64,000 bases of DNA. Source: Eledone cirrhosa (taxonomy: Eukaryota). The stretch lies in contig OZ024741.1 in NCBI GenBank assembly GCA_964016885.1, forward strand, positions 45,198,001 to 45,262,000, read 5' to 3'. Shown piece by piece: positions 40,344-53,643 of this stretch (its first letter is position 1; each line of letters opens with the position of its first letter). The notes under the pieces are model-generated. The model was not told the DNA's origin, did not search any database, and saw only the letters and a program-made list of their open reading frames with translations. The position numbers and the translations under genes are program-made.

Positions 40344-40808
40344 CAAATAGACCTGATATAATATTGAAGGACTTTCAAAAGAGGGTATGCCTGCTAATTG
40401 ATATGTCTGTTCCAATAGACAAGATTGTATCTATAAAAACATTTGAAAAATTGAGCAAGTATAAGGACCTGGAGATAGAAATTGGAAAAATGTGGAAATT
40501 GAGAACTAAAACAATACCAGAGGTTGTAGGCGCTCTGGGAATGATACCTAAGGGGTCTATTGATTACTTATCGCAAATCCCAGGAAACCCGCGTATAGGA
40601 GAAATACAAAAGATAGTACTAATGGGAACTGCTCATATACTAAGGAAGATTCTGTCAATATAAGTACATCACAAGTCTAAACACTAAAGATGCATGTGTG
40701 AGTATCTATGTTCTTTCTTGAACATGGCGGACCTTGTTGTCTCTTGAGGTCACTGGTTGTGACTTGGTGATAACTCGTATGAACATAAAGCAAGATAAAT
40801 GCAACTGT
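40343..40808 (+). mobile_element. R4/Dong-type LINE 3' fragment (RLE domain plus 3' UTR) in (TAA)n
   Basis: NRPDIILKD..CLLIDMSVP..EKLSKYKDL..VVGALG..QKIVLMGTAHILRKIL. TAA tracts on both sides. Confidence 0.92.
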
Positions 40809-40828
40809 AATAATAATAATAATAATAA

Positions 40829-41008
40829 TAATTGTTTCTACGTTAGGCACAAGGCCAGCAATTACCCAGTGTACTACTAATAATAATAATTGTTTCTACT
40901 TTAGGCACAAGGCCAGCAATTATCCAGTGCATTACTGGTACTTTATTTTATCGACCCTGTAAGGATGAAAGGCAAAGTCAACCTCGGCGGGATTTGAACT
41001 CAGATCGT
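40829..41008 (-). mobile_element. Two tandem 5'-truncated SINE 3' ends, each in (TAA)n
   Basis: ttgtttctac..ttaggcacaaggccagcaatta occurs twice, separated by (taa)n. Confidence 0.88.
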
Positions 41009-41016
41009 AGTAATAA

Positions 41017-42757
41017 TGCTTTCTTTATTAACCACAAGGGTTTACATAAAGTAGACATTAAGGACAGTACAGGACAATACAGGACGGTACAAATGGGCAT
41101 TTCTGCGTGTAAAAAACAAGAAACAGAGGATGTAATAATAGAACAATGAAAAATTCCCTAATAGGGGGGAAACTTCCGAGGGACATTCGTGGAGAAAGCC
41201 CATAAAAAGCCACAGTGACCCTGACCACCAGGACAAGTGCCCTCTCCCAGTTTTCCACCTTTAATTTACAGACATATACTAAGAGTATATGTATATTCAC
41301 TCGGGCCATTGTTGCCTCTCTCACCCATCTTTCAACAAAATCCTGGGAAGAGAGCACTTCCCTTTCTACCTGGATTTTCCTTTTCAAATGAAATTTGAAA
41401 AAGTTAATCAGGGCATCACCGAAGAGGTAAGTGCTCGTCTTCAGCCCTTTCAAACGTGTCCACCATACTATCTCTTTCGCCATGGCCACCAGACAGATAA
41501 AAACTGCTTGCCCTTCCCGGCTAAAGGAAATGGGCGGGGCAATACTCACGATGGACTCAGCTGATAGCTGGATCCGTCCTACACGTGACAGCAGGTGTTC
41601 AACATAAACCCACAATTCAGCAATGCTCGGACACTGGACGAGTGCATGCAGGACGGTTTCGTCGCCGTGCGCCCATCTCGGACATGCCCGGCTGACGGCA
41701 CCTCCATGCCTGTAGAGTTTATCCCGAACTGGCAATGCTCTTCGGTAGCACTGCCAGGCCAGTTTTTCTGGAAGCTGTCCATAGGCCCCGGCCCGAAAGT
41801 TCTTCCGAAGAGATTGGCTAGTTGATTTTCGTCGATGCCTAGAGTTTCTCCAAGTACGTCGTCGCTCTTCCCCTCCACTAATCCTCTATAGAACGCCAAG
41901 GTGGATTTTCCACCGATCACATTGCCCGATTAGTCGAGGGCTGTGAGCGCCTGAAGACATTCCAATCTCCAAGCGCTCCCTCTCGGACTTCGCTTGACCC
42001 AGGACTGCAGCTCCGTCAAGGAGACGATCTGGGGAAAGACGTGTCAAGCAAACGGCGACCACACCTGATCACCGTCGAGCAAGAGGTTGAGATGTCGTAG
42101 CCTGAGCGCGTGTCTGCGCATCATCAGCCCCCCACGTAGCGGGTGTTGACAGCAGATGGACCGCCCGACCATCGGAGCGCGTCCCTTCCACAAAAATCGA
42201 AAGGGCAAACGCTCCAGCGCAGTCGGGCGGGGCTTAGGACAAGGTACGACGGTCAGGCGGTAGTAGATGACGGACGCGATATACGCGTTAGCCACCTCCG
42301 CTCGACCTTTCAGGGATAGCTTCCTCTCGGCCCATTTCTGGGTTAGAGAAGCCACCCTGCTCGTCACCTCGTCTCAGTTTTTGTCCGTCTGGAGATCCGG
42401 ACCGAACCAAACCCCGAGCAATTTAACTAGTCCGTCAGTCCAGCGCCCGACATCGCTGTTGGACGGCATGGACCTGCCTCTCCAGGTGCCGAGCTGCAGG
42501 CCCACTGACTTTTCCTGGTTGATCATTGCTCCTGTCACCGCTTCGTATTCTCTTAGTGTAGTGCCGATCGCATCGATGTGTTTGGCGTTCGACACCACTA
42601 CGGTGACATCGTCCGCATATGCTGACACTGCTCTTCCGCATCGTAGTTCGCGCGGGAGCCCCCTCAACGTCTCCAGTTTGTGCAGTAATGGCTCGAGAGT
42701 CAATACGTACAAGAGGGACGAGAGGGGACATCCTTGGCGCACCGAGCGTAGGTCGCC
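41017..42757 (-). mobile_element. 5'-truncated L1/Tx1-type LINE
   Basis: Starts within RT (RSVRQGCPLS..YADD), includes zf-RVT, 3' end cccttgtggttaataaag. Confidence 0.93.
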
Positions 42758-42782
42758 AATAATAATAATAATAATAATAATA

Positions 42783-42813
<31 letters not shown>

Positions 42814-42815
<2 letters not shown>

Positions 42816-45800
42816 TCTTTATTGGCCACAAGGGCTGACATCATGAAAAACATTACAGACGGCACAAGAAGTACGATGTGGGTTTTGTGCATGTAAATAT
42901 TTTTATTATTTATATAAGAAAATAAAAAAATGGACATAGAAACATATATATATATAAACAATAAAAATGAAAATTGAAACAATGAAAAATTCCCCAATAG
43001 GTGGGAAACCTCCGAGGGTTACTCGTGGCGAAAACCGCACAAAAGACCACGGCCAACCTGTCCACCAGGACAAGCGCCCTGTCTCAATTTTTCCATCTCT
43101 CAAACTACAGACGCATATTCAGAGTGGTCCCATTCACTCAGACCATTCTCGCTACATTCACCCACCTTTCAACAAACTTACTAGAAAGCAGCACTTGCCT
43201 CTCCACCCTGATTTTCCTCTTCAAGTGAAACTTGAAAAAGTTAATTAGGGATTCGCCGAAGTGGAAAGTGCCTGTGTTCAACCCTTTTAACTTTGTCCAC
43301 CAACAATCTCTTGCGCCATGGCCACCAGGCAGATGAAAACCGCCTACCCTTCCTCCTCGAAGGAAGACGGCGAGACCATCTGCACAATAGACTCAATCGA
43401 CAACCGGATCAGTCCCACACGCGACAGCAACTGTTCGACATAGCTCCACAAGTCAGCATGCTCGGGCACTGAACGAGTGCGTGCACAACAGTTTCGTCGC
43501 TCTGCGCGCATCTCGGACAGGCTCGGCTGACGGCACTTCCGTGCCTGTAGAACTTATCTCGAACCGGCAGCGCTCCCCGGTAGCACTGCCAGGCCAGGAA
43601 TTTTTGGAAGTTATCCATAGGACCCGGGCTGAAAGTTCTCCGGAAGAGAGCATACAACTGATCTTCTTCGACGCCCAGGATCTCTCCGAGAATGTCGTCG
43701 CTCTGCCCCTCCACTAGTCCTCTATAGAACGCCGAAGTTGATGTTCCGCCGATGCTGGTGCCCAGCCGTGAGAGGGCAGTGAGCGCCTGGAGACATACCA
43801 GTTTCCAAGCGCTATCCCTCGGTCTTTCTCTGACCCAGGACTGCAGCTCCGTCAAGGAGACGAGCTGTGGGAAAACGTGCCTGGCGAACGGCGACCACAC
43901 CCGTTCACCATCAACGAAGCACCAGAGATGTCGCAGCCTCAGCGCATGTTTGCGCATCATCAGCCATGCCATACCCAGTCCTCCACGCAACGGGTGTTGA
44001 CAGCAGATGGATCGTCTGAAAATGGGAGCGCGTCCCTTCCACAAAATGCGGAAGAGGAGGCGCTCCATTTTGGTGAGAGTTGCGCTGGAGCAAGGGACGA
44101 CGGTCAGGCGGTAGCAGATGACGGATGGGATGTACGCTATTGCCACCTCTGCCCGGTCTTTCAGGGACAGCTCCCTCTCAGCCCATTTCTGGGTGAGGGA
44201 GGCCACGCTGCTCGTCACCTCGTTCCAGTTTTTCTCCATCTGGAGGTCCGGTCCGAACCAGACCCCGAGCAATTTAACCGGTCCGTCGGTCCAACGCCCC
44301 ACGATGCTGTCGGACGGCATGGACTTGCCTCTCAAAGTGCCGAGCTGCAAGCCCACCGATTTTTCCTGGTTTATCTTTGCTCCTGTCACCGCTTCGTATT
44401 CCTTGAAAGCGGTGCTGAGCATCTGGACGTGTCTGGTGCTCGACACCACCATGGTGACGTCGTCAGCGTAAGCCGACTCGGATTTCCCGCATCCTAGTTC
44501 GCGTGGGACGCCCCTCATCGCCCCCAGTTTGTACAGTAACGGCTCGAGAGCCAATACGTACAAGAGGGACGAGAGGGGACAACCCTGGCGGACTGAGCGC
44601 GTGATGCTGAACAGCTGCGAGGTGACCGTTCACCCTCACAACTGAGCAGATGTCGCTGTACATTGCTGCGATCCAACCCCTGAAAACAGGCCCGAAACCG
44701 TCTGCCCCGAGGACCGCCGCCAGGTACCGATGGTCGACCCTATCGAATGCTTTGGATTGATCCAAGTTGATCAGAGCCCCACACGTGCCAGGTTCCTTAA
44801 CCACCCTCTCTATGATGTATCACATGAGGTGGAGGTTGTCGTGTATGGATCTGTCCGGAATGTCGCATGTCTGCGCCTCTCCCACCAGACCCTTGACGAC
44901 AAGCGCCAACCTCGTTGCTAACACCTTGGCCAAAATCTTGAACTCTGCGTTTAGCAGGGTTATGGGCCTGAAATTATCTATAACATCCCCCTTGTTCGGG
45001 TCTTTTCTCAGCAGCGCCTCTACTCCCCGGCTCATAAAACTGGGAATGCTCCCGTTCTGCTGCCTGTTGCAGTAGACGTCTGCCAAGAGGTCACCGAACA
45101 AGTCTGGCATACATGCATAAAGCTCGTAGGGCAGACCATCTAAACCTGGCGATTTACCCCTTGTGCAGTTAGCCATCGCTTCCCGTATTTCACACGTTTT
45201 TATTGGCTTTTCGCAACACTGTGCTGCAGTCGTCTAGTGCCGAGGAAGTCCGTCAAGGTATGCACTGAAGTCCATGCCCCGATCCGGATCGCCGCCGCTC
45301 CCGAACAGTTCAGCAAAGTGCTGCTGAAAAGCTTCACACATCCGCTCGGGTTCGAGCATCACGCACCCGTTTTGGTCAGACAAAGACCGAAGTGTGGCTT
45401 TGTTGCCACGTCACGCCTCTGCCACCCGGGCCCATTGGACGGCTTTTGTCCCCTCGTGTTTCAGAGAACGCGCTTTAGCCCTGACAACGCAGCCTTCGTG
45501 TTTTGAGTTGAAGAATTGGTCGAGTGCCAATCTCACCGCAAGCACGTCGGTTGCGATGCCTGTCCTGAACGCCTCTTCTAGCTTTCTGAGTAGCTCTCCC
45601 TCTACTCTATTTTCCTCTATCATTACTCCTTTGCTAAACCTAATCGACTCTACTTTAATTGCCCTTAAGAGGGCGAACTACCACCTGTTGTTGACGAACG
45701 CTCCCGTCAACGCCCGCTTAACTAATACGCTAATCCGGTCTCTGTAGGCTTTGCGCGCCGGGAAAGACGCGTTTAGCTTCCAGTAACCAGGCCTTTGTCT

Positions 45801-48800
45801 ATGAAGTCTGTCTATGTCGATCTCACAGATCACAAATTTGTGGTCTGTGTAGTCGACTATTTTAAATTGTGGACAACTTATACTAGGCTTATCTAGTTCT
45901 CTGCGGGATACCCTATCGAGATACGATCTGGATGACCCGATGCGGTTTGTCCATGTCCATATTGGCACATTCGGGTGATCCAGTCGATACCTGTCAGACA
46001 GTTCAAAACGTCTGAGCAGGTTGGTGAGGCTCTTGCACATTCCTCCCCTATCCACTAGGTCCACACGATCCCAGCGTGCATCCAAGATACCGTTCCAGTC
46101 GCCCACTAACACTAAAAGAGCGGGACGTTCCAACAAAGGTCTCTAGAAGCCTGAAGAAATCTGGCCGTCCTGCCCCTGTTGAGGCGTAGACGGCTACTAG
46201 CCTGAAAGTATTGCCTTCGCTGACGGTCACGTCCAGCACCACCGACTTACCTTCTGGGTCCAGGAGGATGGCCCGTATCGCGAGATCCAAACCTCTCCGA
46301 AAAAGGACGGCAACCTCTCCCCCCGATCCTGGACGGCTGGGAGATGTGTATACATCGTAGCCGCCGAAGATCGGTGCGAAGGCTTGTGCTTCGGAGATTC
46401 TGGTTTCACTGATGGCCACCACATCTATGTTTAGTGACCTGAGGTCATTGAGCAGGTGACCCTGCTTCCAAAATGACCTCATACCACGTGCCTTTATACT
46501 GCCTATTCTGAGTACAGCCATGTTGGATGAGAAACGGGGCAAGTGAGAAAGGGTCACTTACCTTGTTCGTGTGGTGAAGGGACAGTAGAACCGACCCTTT
46601 CGCTGGTCATGGGTGTTTCCAAGAGGATGTCAGTGTATATCTTCTTGATAACCGACCCTCTGAAGTCTCCAACTGCGTTGGGGAAGTTTTGTTTTAAAGG
46701 TTTGTACTGTTCTATTGAGATTTTGATGATGCTTTTGTTTGTCGGGAGAGTTCTTGGTGTTGGTGGGGTGTAGTAGTTTTTTTCTGTGATGTCTGTGTTC
46801 TGCTTATTATATATTGTATGAGTTCTTTTTTTGCCATGTTTATGGCTGTGTACTTTTTGGCAGGAGGGGTGATTTTGTTGTGGTTTTCTTCTTGTTGCTG
46901 TTTGGTGTGTGTGTCTTGTGTTTGCGTTGTTGGTGTTTGTGGTGGTGATGGTGGTGGTGTTGCTGCAAGTTTCCTTGCTGCCTTTACCCCTCTTTGTATG
47001 CCTTCGCTTTTGGAGGGTTTTTTTCTTTATTGTTTTTTTGTGGCAGACTGTTTGCCACATTACTCCCGCCTCAAACTCCATGTGGGATTCTGTGGCGTCT
47101 GGGAGGGGTATGTGCTCCACGGCTGTTGGTGGTGGTAGTGGAGCCCTCTTCGGCAATTTTGTTGCTGGTGTAGTTACTTCAAATGGAGCTATTGGTGTTG
47201 CCGCTACTGATGATGCTGCTTTAGTTGTCCGTGCTCTTGGTACGGGTGCTACGGACGTTGCCCTCCTACTCACTGTGGAAAGGGCTTCTTCGTTTGTTGC
47301 CTGCTTTGCACTTGGTAGCAGCGGACCAGGTATTGGAAGGAGAGGGGCCCTCTTCGGTGTCTTCTGCGGGCAAAAGGCCCTGAGGTGACCCTTCAACCCA
47401 CAGAGATAACATTTTGGCCGTCTTCCTTCTACACTTATAGGGAGTTGGAGTCCTTCCTCGATGTCTATGATATCGGGGATAGCGTCGATACATTCCTGGT
47501 CAGTTTGTATAAGCATTTGCATGCCTATACCTGACCAGTTCTCTCTCCCTATTTTTTCTACTTGCAGCATGGTCGCCCTGTTCTCGATTCCAGCAAGGAC
47601 AGACGCGGCCAGCCAAGGTATGGGCACGTCGGGTGGGACGTGGGTCACTTTAACCCTCACAATTTTCTTCCCGCTGTAGGAGGGCACCAAGACTATCTTC
47701 TCACTCTTTAGGGTTTTCAAAGAGTGAGACTTTGCTTCCTGGTGGGTGGCGAAAAGTACGTCTACTGTGGCGAACTTTCTGCTTCGGGTGATGTGGCTTT
47801 TGCGTTACCAGACGCACCCCAAGGACTTTTGGATTTGAGCCTCCGTGACTCTCTCCACTCGATGTGTGATTTTGCTTACGGTTCGGTAAGTCACTGTCCG
47901 TAGCTGCTGGTCCTTGAACAAATCGGGTGGAGGTTTCAGGGAAACTCTATTTGCGCTTCTTGTCACCATGGCCCTTGCGACTGCCATCTCCTCCTCTGTG
48001 ACTAACACTGTCTCGATATTTCGGGCGACACCTGCAAAAGAAGTGGTCCCTTTTTCAGCAGCACCACTATTGCTGCCGCTACTGGTCTTACTGGTGGTGC
48101 TGAGATCGCTATTACAGCTATCGGTGTCATTGTTGTTGTTTTCGTTGGTACAGTTGTTGGTGTTGTTGTTGTTGTTTTCGTTGATACTGTTGCTGTTGTT
48201 ACTGTTATTGTGGCTATTGTTATTATTGTTGTTTTTGTTGATACTGTTCGTACTATTATTGTTGTTGTGGCTGTTGTTATTGTCATTGTAATTGTCGTTC
48301 TCGACCTTACCGTTGTTATTGTCGTTCTCGATCTTACCGCTGTTATTTTTGTTGTTGCTGTTGTTATTGATGGTATTGTTGTTGTTGGTGTTGTTGTTGG
48401 TGTTATTGTTGGTGTTGTTTGTGTTAGAAATATTTGTTAATTTTAAATCTGTAACAATCTTTTTTCGTTTGTAATATTTTCGTTTATATTTACCTCCGCT
48501 GGAACGCTGTCTTGTTGACATGCTGATAAAGTCTCCCTCGCTCTGTGTTGTCTGACAGCGCTCTCTCTCTTTCTTGTGTTATCCATGTTGAAATTTAAAA
48601 AAAAAATGTTTTTACACAAATACGAATACGAATACGACACCCCATAAAGGGGTGCCGTATTATTTACTAGTGAACCCCTGTATTAGGTGGGTCACTTCTA
48701 AACTTTTATCAAATTTAAAACTTGAATAAAAGGTTTAGAACGGTTGAAAACGAGGTAAAACGTTGAAAAAAACTGGAGGCGATAAGAAGAATGGCTTCAC

Positions 48801-48801
48801 C
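42814..48801 (-). mobile_element. Full-length (~6.0 kb) degenerate L1/Tx1-type LINE
   Basis: ORF1 ~48586-46554 (CYLCGLKGHLRAFC). ORF2 from 46521 (MAVLRIGSIKARG) to ~43110 with several stops and frameshifts. 3' end gcccttgtggccaataaag. Confidence 0.95.
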
Positions 48802-48804
48802 AAC

Positions 48805-48842
<38 letters not shown>

Positions 48843-48843
<1 letters not shown>

Positions 48844-50265
48844 TTGGTGTTAATAAGTGTGGAGTCCTAGTGATGAAGAGGGGTAAATTGAGCAGAAGCA
48901 ACGGAATCCAGGTACCAACAAGTGAGATGATAAAGGAAATTGACACTGAAGGGAGATACACATATTTAGGTGTTCTGGAGGCAGATGACATCAAGAACAA
49001 GAAAATGAAGGAATTGATAAGATCTGAGTACATTAGGAGAGTAAGGAGCGTATTAAAATCACATCTAAATAGTTGGAATGTCACAAGTGCAGTGAATTCC
49101 CGAGCTGTGTCTATTATTAGGTACAGTGCGGGAATTCTGAAATGGAATGTTGTTGAACAGAATAAAATAGATAGGAAGACTAGGAGGCTATTGACTATAT
49201 ACAACATGTTCCACAAGATGAGTGATGTCGATAGACTCTACTTAAAGAGATCTGAAGGTGGAAGAGGCCTTATCAGCATAGAGGACTGTGCTCAGATGGA
49301 GAAAACAACCTGCACAAATATGTGACTGACAGTAGGGAGCCAATGCTCAAAATTGTACTGAAGGAGAGGACAATAGACCAGTGGATGTCCAAGGACGAAA
49401 TAACAACAAGGAGGAAGAGCAACCTCCATGAAAAATCCCTTCATAGCACCTTCTTTGAGAAAACTGAATTTAGAGATCCACAATATGGAAATGGTTAAAA
49501 AGAGGGAACCTTAAAAAGGCTACAGAAGGAATGCTAATGGGTGCCCAAGAGTAAGCGCTCAGAAGGAAGTGGGTGAAACACCATATTGACAAGGTGGAGG
49601 CTAGCTCACTGTGTAGGATCTGTGTGTAGAGAGAGAGCAGAAGGTGGCTCACATTGTATCCGAGTGTAAACACCTAGCCCAGACTCACTATAAAGGCTGG
49701 AGACATAATGTGATAGGCAGGGTACTCCACTGGCACCTATGCAAATTAAACAATTTACCGCATTCTGAGAAGTAGTATGAGCATAAGCCAGAGTCGGTGA
49801 TAGAAAACGATCAGGTGAAGGTGTTATGGGATTTTAGGATACAGACGGACAAGAAATTACAACACAATAGGTCTGACCTGGTGGTTTTGGACAAGGAAAA
49901 AAGATCGTGCCTGAAAAAATATCGTGCCTGCACATTTGACACGAGAGTGCAGAAAAAGGAGAGGGGAAAAATTAACCGATACCCAGGACTTAAATTGGGA
50001 GTTAAAAAGGATTTGGAACTGCCATGAAGTCAAGGTCGTCCCGATTGTCACAGGCGCACTAGGTACCATCTCAAAGAGTTTCCAAGGATGGTTAAAGAAG
50101 ATTAGTCCAGACCCGCTTTTTGGAACACTTCAAAAAGCATGCTTGCTGGGAACAGCAAGAACCCTCCCATACGTCCTGAATATCTGAGGCTGCAGGTAGC
50201 GGCTTGATATTCATTTCAACAAACTTTGCAGTTAAATAACACCAATGACTGAGACTCAAAAAACA
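48843..50265 (+). mobile_element. R4/Dong-type LINE 3' portion (late RT, CCHC, RLE) in (TAA)n
   Basis: YTYLGVLE, DVDRLYLKRSEGGRGLISIED, CRIC..HIVSEC, VLWDFRIQTD..HNRSDL, VVPIVTGALG..QKACLLGTA. Confidence 0.92.
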
Positions 50266-50829
50266 ATAATAATAATAATAATAATAATAATACTGTAGTA
50301 GTAAAAACGCATCAATGCTACGAAATATCTAAAGCTCAGTATAACGGAATGATCTAACATGATTTCACAAAACTTTGCAAGCAGCCAAATTAAATTCTTA
50401 GTCGATCGAATTTAGTTTCTGTTAAGAATTATTCGGATAGTATGTCAAATGAAAAAGCAGAAATAAGAAATGCATTCCTTTGTTTTGTTTGTAGGACACT
50501 TGGAATAGTTCCAAGAATGCAACCATATACAAAATCTATGGCATTTTCTTCGGAGACTGTTTAATGATGCATTAAACGTAAAGGTTTCACTAGTCAAAAT
50601 GTTTACTGGCATAGAAAACTGTTGTAATTCTTGTGCTTTCTAGTAAAAACAAAACTGAAAATATGTGTGATACGATTATATAAATGTAGTATATGACTTC
50701 GAGAAATAAAACTAAATACATACGTTTAGTGGTGTATATTTTATTATAGGAGACCAAGGTTTTTGTGATTTACCACCAGATACCTGGCCCTCAAGTCACT
50801 AGTATAGTTTTACACGTGTAATATCTATC

Positions 50830-50899
<70 letters not shown>

Positions 50900-50900
<1 letters not shown>

Positions 50901-51312
50901 TAAATTATGTCCATAGAATCATTTGATAGAATATGTACACTATTTCCTCTCCCAATTAGCATAATTAACCACATAAAAAATCAATTAGACCAGGCTATAA
51001 GAATAAACGCTACTATGAAGAAAGATTTGATGAATAACCAGACCACTCCACATAAGAATAAAAGAACACCTCAATACTAACGCTTCCTCATTTAAGAAAC
51101 ACCTAGTTAAATGCAAAAACACCGACAAAACCCTAACAGTTAGGATAGAAACTAAGGAAAGAAACCTCGGCAATCTTAGAATTAAGGAAGCACTAATTAT
51201 AGACAAAACACAACCACCAATCAATAATAGACTAGAACTCAACACCCAATTTATAACTTGATAGAGCTTCTAGCCCCATATTTACACCCCCCCACACACA
51301 CACGCACACACG

Positions 51313-51343
<31 letters not shown>

Positions 51344-51839
51344 GCTTACACCTCCACTTATTCTCTCTCACACATACACACACAAAACCAGTTCTAACAC
51401 GAGATAACATCTATCCCCCACATTTACGTATAGACATATCTTCTCACACTCACACACACACACTCACATACATCTTCATGCATTCTCCCACACACTTAAA
51501 CAGGCATGTACAAAAAAACAAAACAAAAAAAACAAAAAAAAACAAAAAAAAAACCCTTTTAAAGGGAGACTACTCTTTATCCACCTAATCTTAACTCTTT
51601 GACATTAGAGATAGAACAGATACTCTATACCATTTCCTGTCAGCATGACTTGGCAAGCTATTTAGAACACTGGATTAACAGCTTTACTTCCCTCTGAAGA
51701 AGAGATATTATCTCGAAAATTAAGGACATTTAAATAAATCTAAGGTAAAAGACTAATTGTCAACAATATCTTTTACATTTGCATTCTTTATTCTATGTCC
51801 ATACCTGCATTGTTTTGGCTTTATTATACATATACAAAC

Positions 51840-51842
<3 letters not shown>
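50900..51842 (+). mobile_element. PLE 3' fragment (GIY-YIG end plus pLTR) flanked by (TA)n
   Basis: TRPLHIRIKEHLNTNASSFKKHL...LRIKEALII....PPINNR; related to the 56000-56300 minus-strand sequence. Confidence 0.8.
51691..51725 (+). ncRNA. 35-nt minimal hammerhead motif
   Basis: cct CTGAAGA a gagat-att-atctc GAAA at TA agg. Confidence 0.75.
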
Positions 51843-51878
<36 letters not shown>

Positions 51879-51881
<3 letters not shown>

Positions 51882-52160
51882 CGTTTCTGAATTTGTTTAG
51901 CAAGATTCTTTATCTGAAATCGTGTGTTGAAACCGATATTGTTATACTTTGGGAGGGTCATGTTGCCAATAAGAAATACACGCACCAGTTGCTTTCACTT
52001 CAATTTATTATAATAAATTTATAAATTTAGGAATTTATAAATTTCTGGTTGGTTGGTTGGTTCCACAACCAGATAGTTGTTTATATATTGTCAAAGTTCT
52101 TTCGTCACACATTCTGTGTGTTTCTTATTGGCAACATGACCCTCCCAAAGTATAACAATA
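51879..52160 (-). mobile_element. Solo pLTR end of the 14272-16139 PLE family, with a short inverted duplication
   Basis: Near-identical to 14272-14510. 52115-52160 is the reverse complement of ~51935-51983. TA on both sides. Confidence 0.88.
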
Positions 52161-52229
52161 TATATATATATATTTCTATCTACCAATCTATCTATATTTA
52201 TATGAAAAAAAAATTGGAAATGTTACCTG

Positions 52230-52680
52230 GGTGATTAATTTGTCGTATGTGATGGGAACCTTGAAACACACACAGCATTCAAAAATATAATAAATATCCT
52301 TAACAGCAATATTCAATTCACAATGGGGATTAGTGGCAATGAACTACCTTTTTTAGATAGGAACATTTTAGAAGCAGTTGACAGAATAGATACAGCCATT
52401 TTCAATAAACACGCTAACCTCAAACAGTATATTCTATTTGCAAATTTCACCCAAAACACATGAAATTGAACATTCCTTTTAGCCTAGCAAAAATAATAAG
52501 TATAATAGTATTGGACCCGATCAAAAGTGAATTGAAAAATATACTCATCGAAAGATCCTTCCCATTTGGCATACTAACCAAAGGGGAAAACACAGATATC
52601 CGAAAGCTAAAGAAAAGAAATAGGAAAATGCCTTACCATATGTTTCAGCCTTCAGCCCCAGAAATGTTGAAATATTTGGA
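52230..52680 (+). mobile_element. Degraded PLE RT thumb fragment
   Basis: IDTAIFNKHANLKQYI..HPKHMKLNIPFSLAKII..LDP resembles the PLE thumb consensus. Confidence 0.6.
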
Positions 52681-52689
52681 CAATGATAA

Positions 52690-52922
52690 AGTTCACATAA
52701 CTCCTTGTGGAGTCGAAGAGGCACCGTTACACGGCGTGTCTTGGGCACTTTTAAATCTGGCAGAGCCTAAACCTCTCCAGGTCTGAACAGAGCCGATTTT
52801 TTCTAGAGAGGAAGAATCGACTCCAGAACTAGCCTGGTCTCTTATCAGAGCGCGCGATGCGGCGGGACGAATACCGTAAAGCATTCTATTCGACGTCTAA
52901 ATAGCTCTGCCAATTCACCGCG
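52690..52922 (-). mobile_element. SINE-like element with the shared tRNA-like head but a different body
   Basis: Minus strand starts gcggtgaattggcagagctatttagacgtcgaatagaatgctttacgg, similar to the 6919 head. Confidence 0.55.
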
Positions 52923-53369
52923 AAATATTTGACCACTTCGTAAAAACCTCCTTAATCTATCTTCATATGGAACAAATTTGTCAGTAAATAAGGGTATATA
53001 TATATATATATATATATGGGAATAACCAATTTATACACATCTTTATGAGGACCTATGCATGAGCACTCCCTCCCATACACACACATAGACACACCACAAG
53101 ATGAGGAAAATCATAACTCCAACGAAACATCCACTAAAACGTTTTTTAACTAGGATATATCTATCAAATCTTCCAAAAGCTCTGGAAAATACCCCTCCCC
53201 AAATAACCTATATATATATAAATAATTACGTATATATATATGTGTGTGTGTGTGTGCGCGTGTGTGTGTTAATGTGCGTGTGTGTGTTAATGTGCAAGTT
53301 AATTGCGTCCGTAGGCAGTATACCGGTTGAGCACTCGATGCCCTTGGGGAGCAGAGTATCAATAGTATT

Positions 53370-53602
53370 AATATATGAAGGAACAAAGAAACAGTGTTGC
53401 ATCATATGCATATTCATTATATATTTCGGAAAATATTTATACAGTCTCAGACACGAGCCGGCATATTAAAACATATCTGAGGAGCTTCCAATTCCAAAGT
53501 CTGGTGCGATCATCATTGATCGTCCCTCGTGCTGACCGACAGTCAAACATATGTAATATGTAATAAATACGTATATGATGCAACACTGATTCTTTGTTCC
53601 CT

Positions 53603-53606
<4 letters not shown>
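53370..53606. mobile_element. Fold-back mini-element with ~50 bp inverted ends and a degenerate hammerhead
   Basis: aaggaacaaagaaacagtgttgcatcatat ... atatgatgcaacactgattctttgttccctt; inside acatat CTGAGGA ... c(-)AAA catatg TA atatgt. Confidence 0.65.

Positions 53607-53643
<37 letters not shown>

Noticed and set aside
35044-48474. Numerous plus-strand ORFs of 60-210 aa
   Set aside because: Antisense shadows of Tx1 ORF1/ORF2 with no independent motifs.
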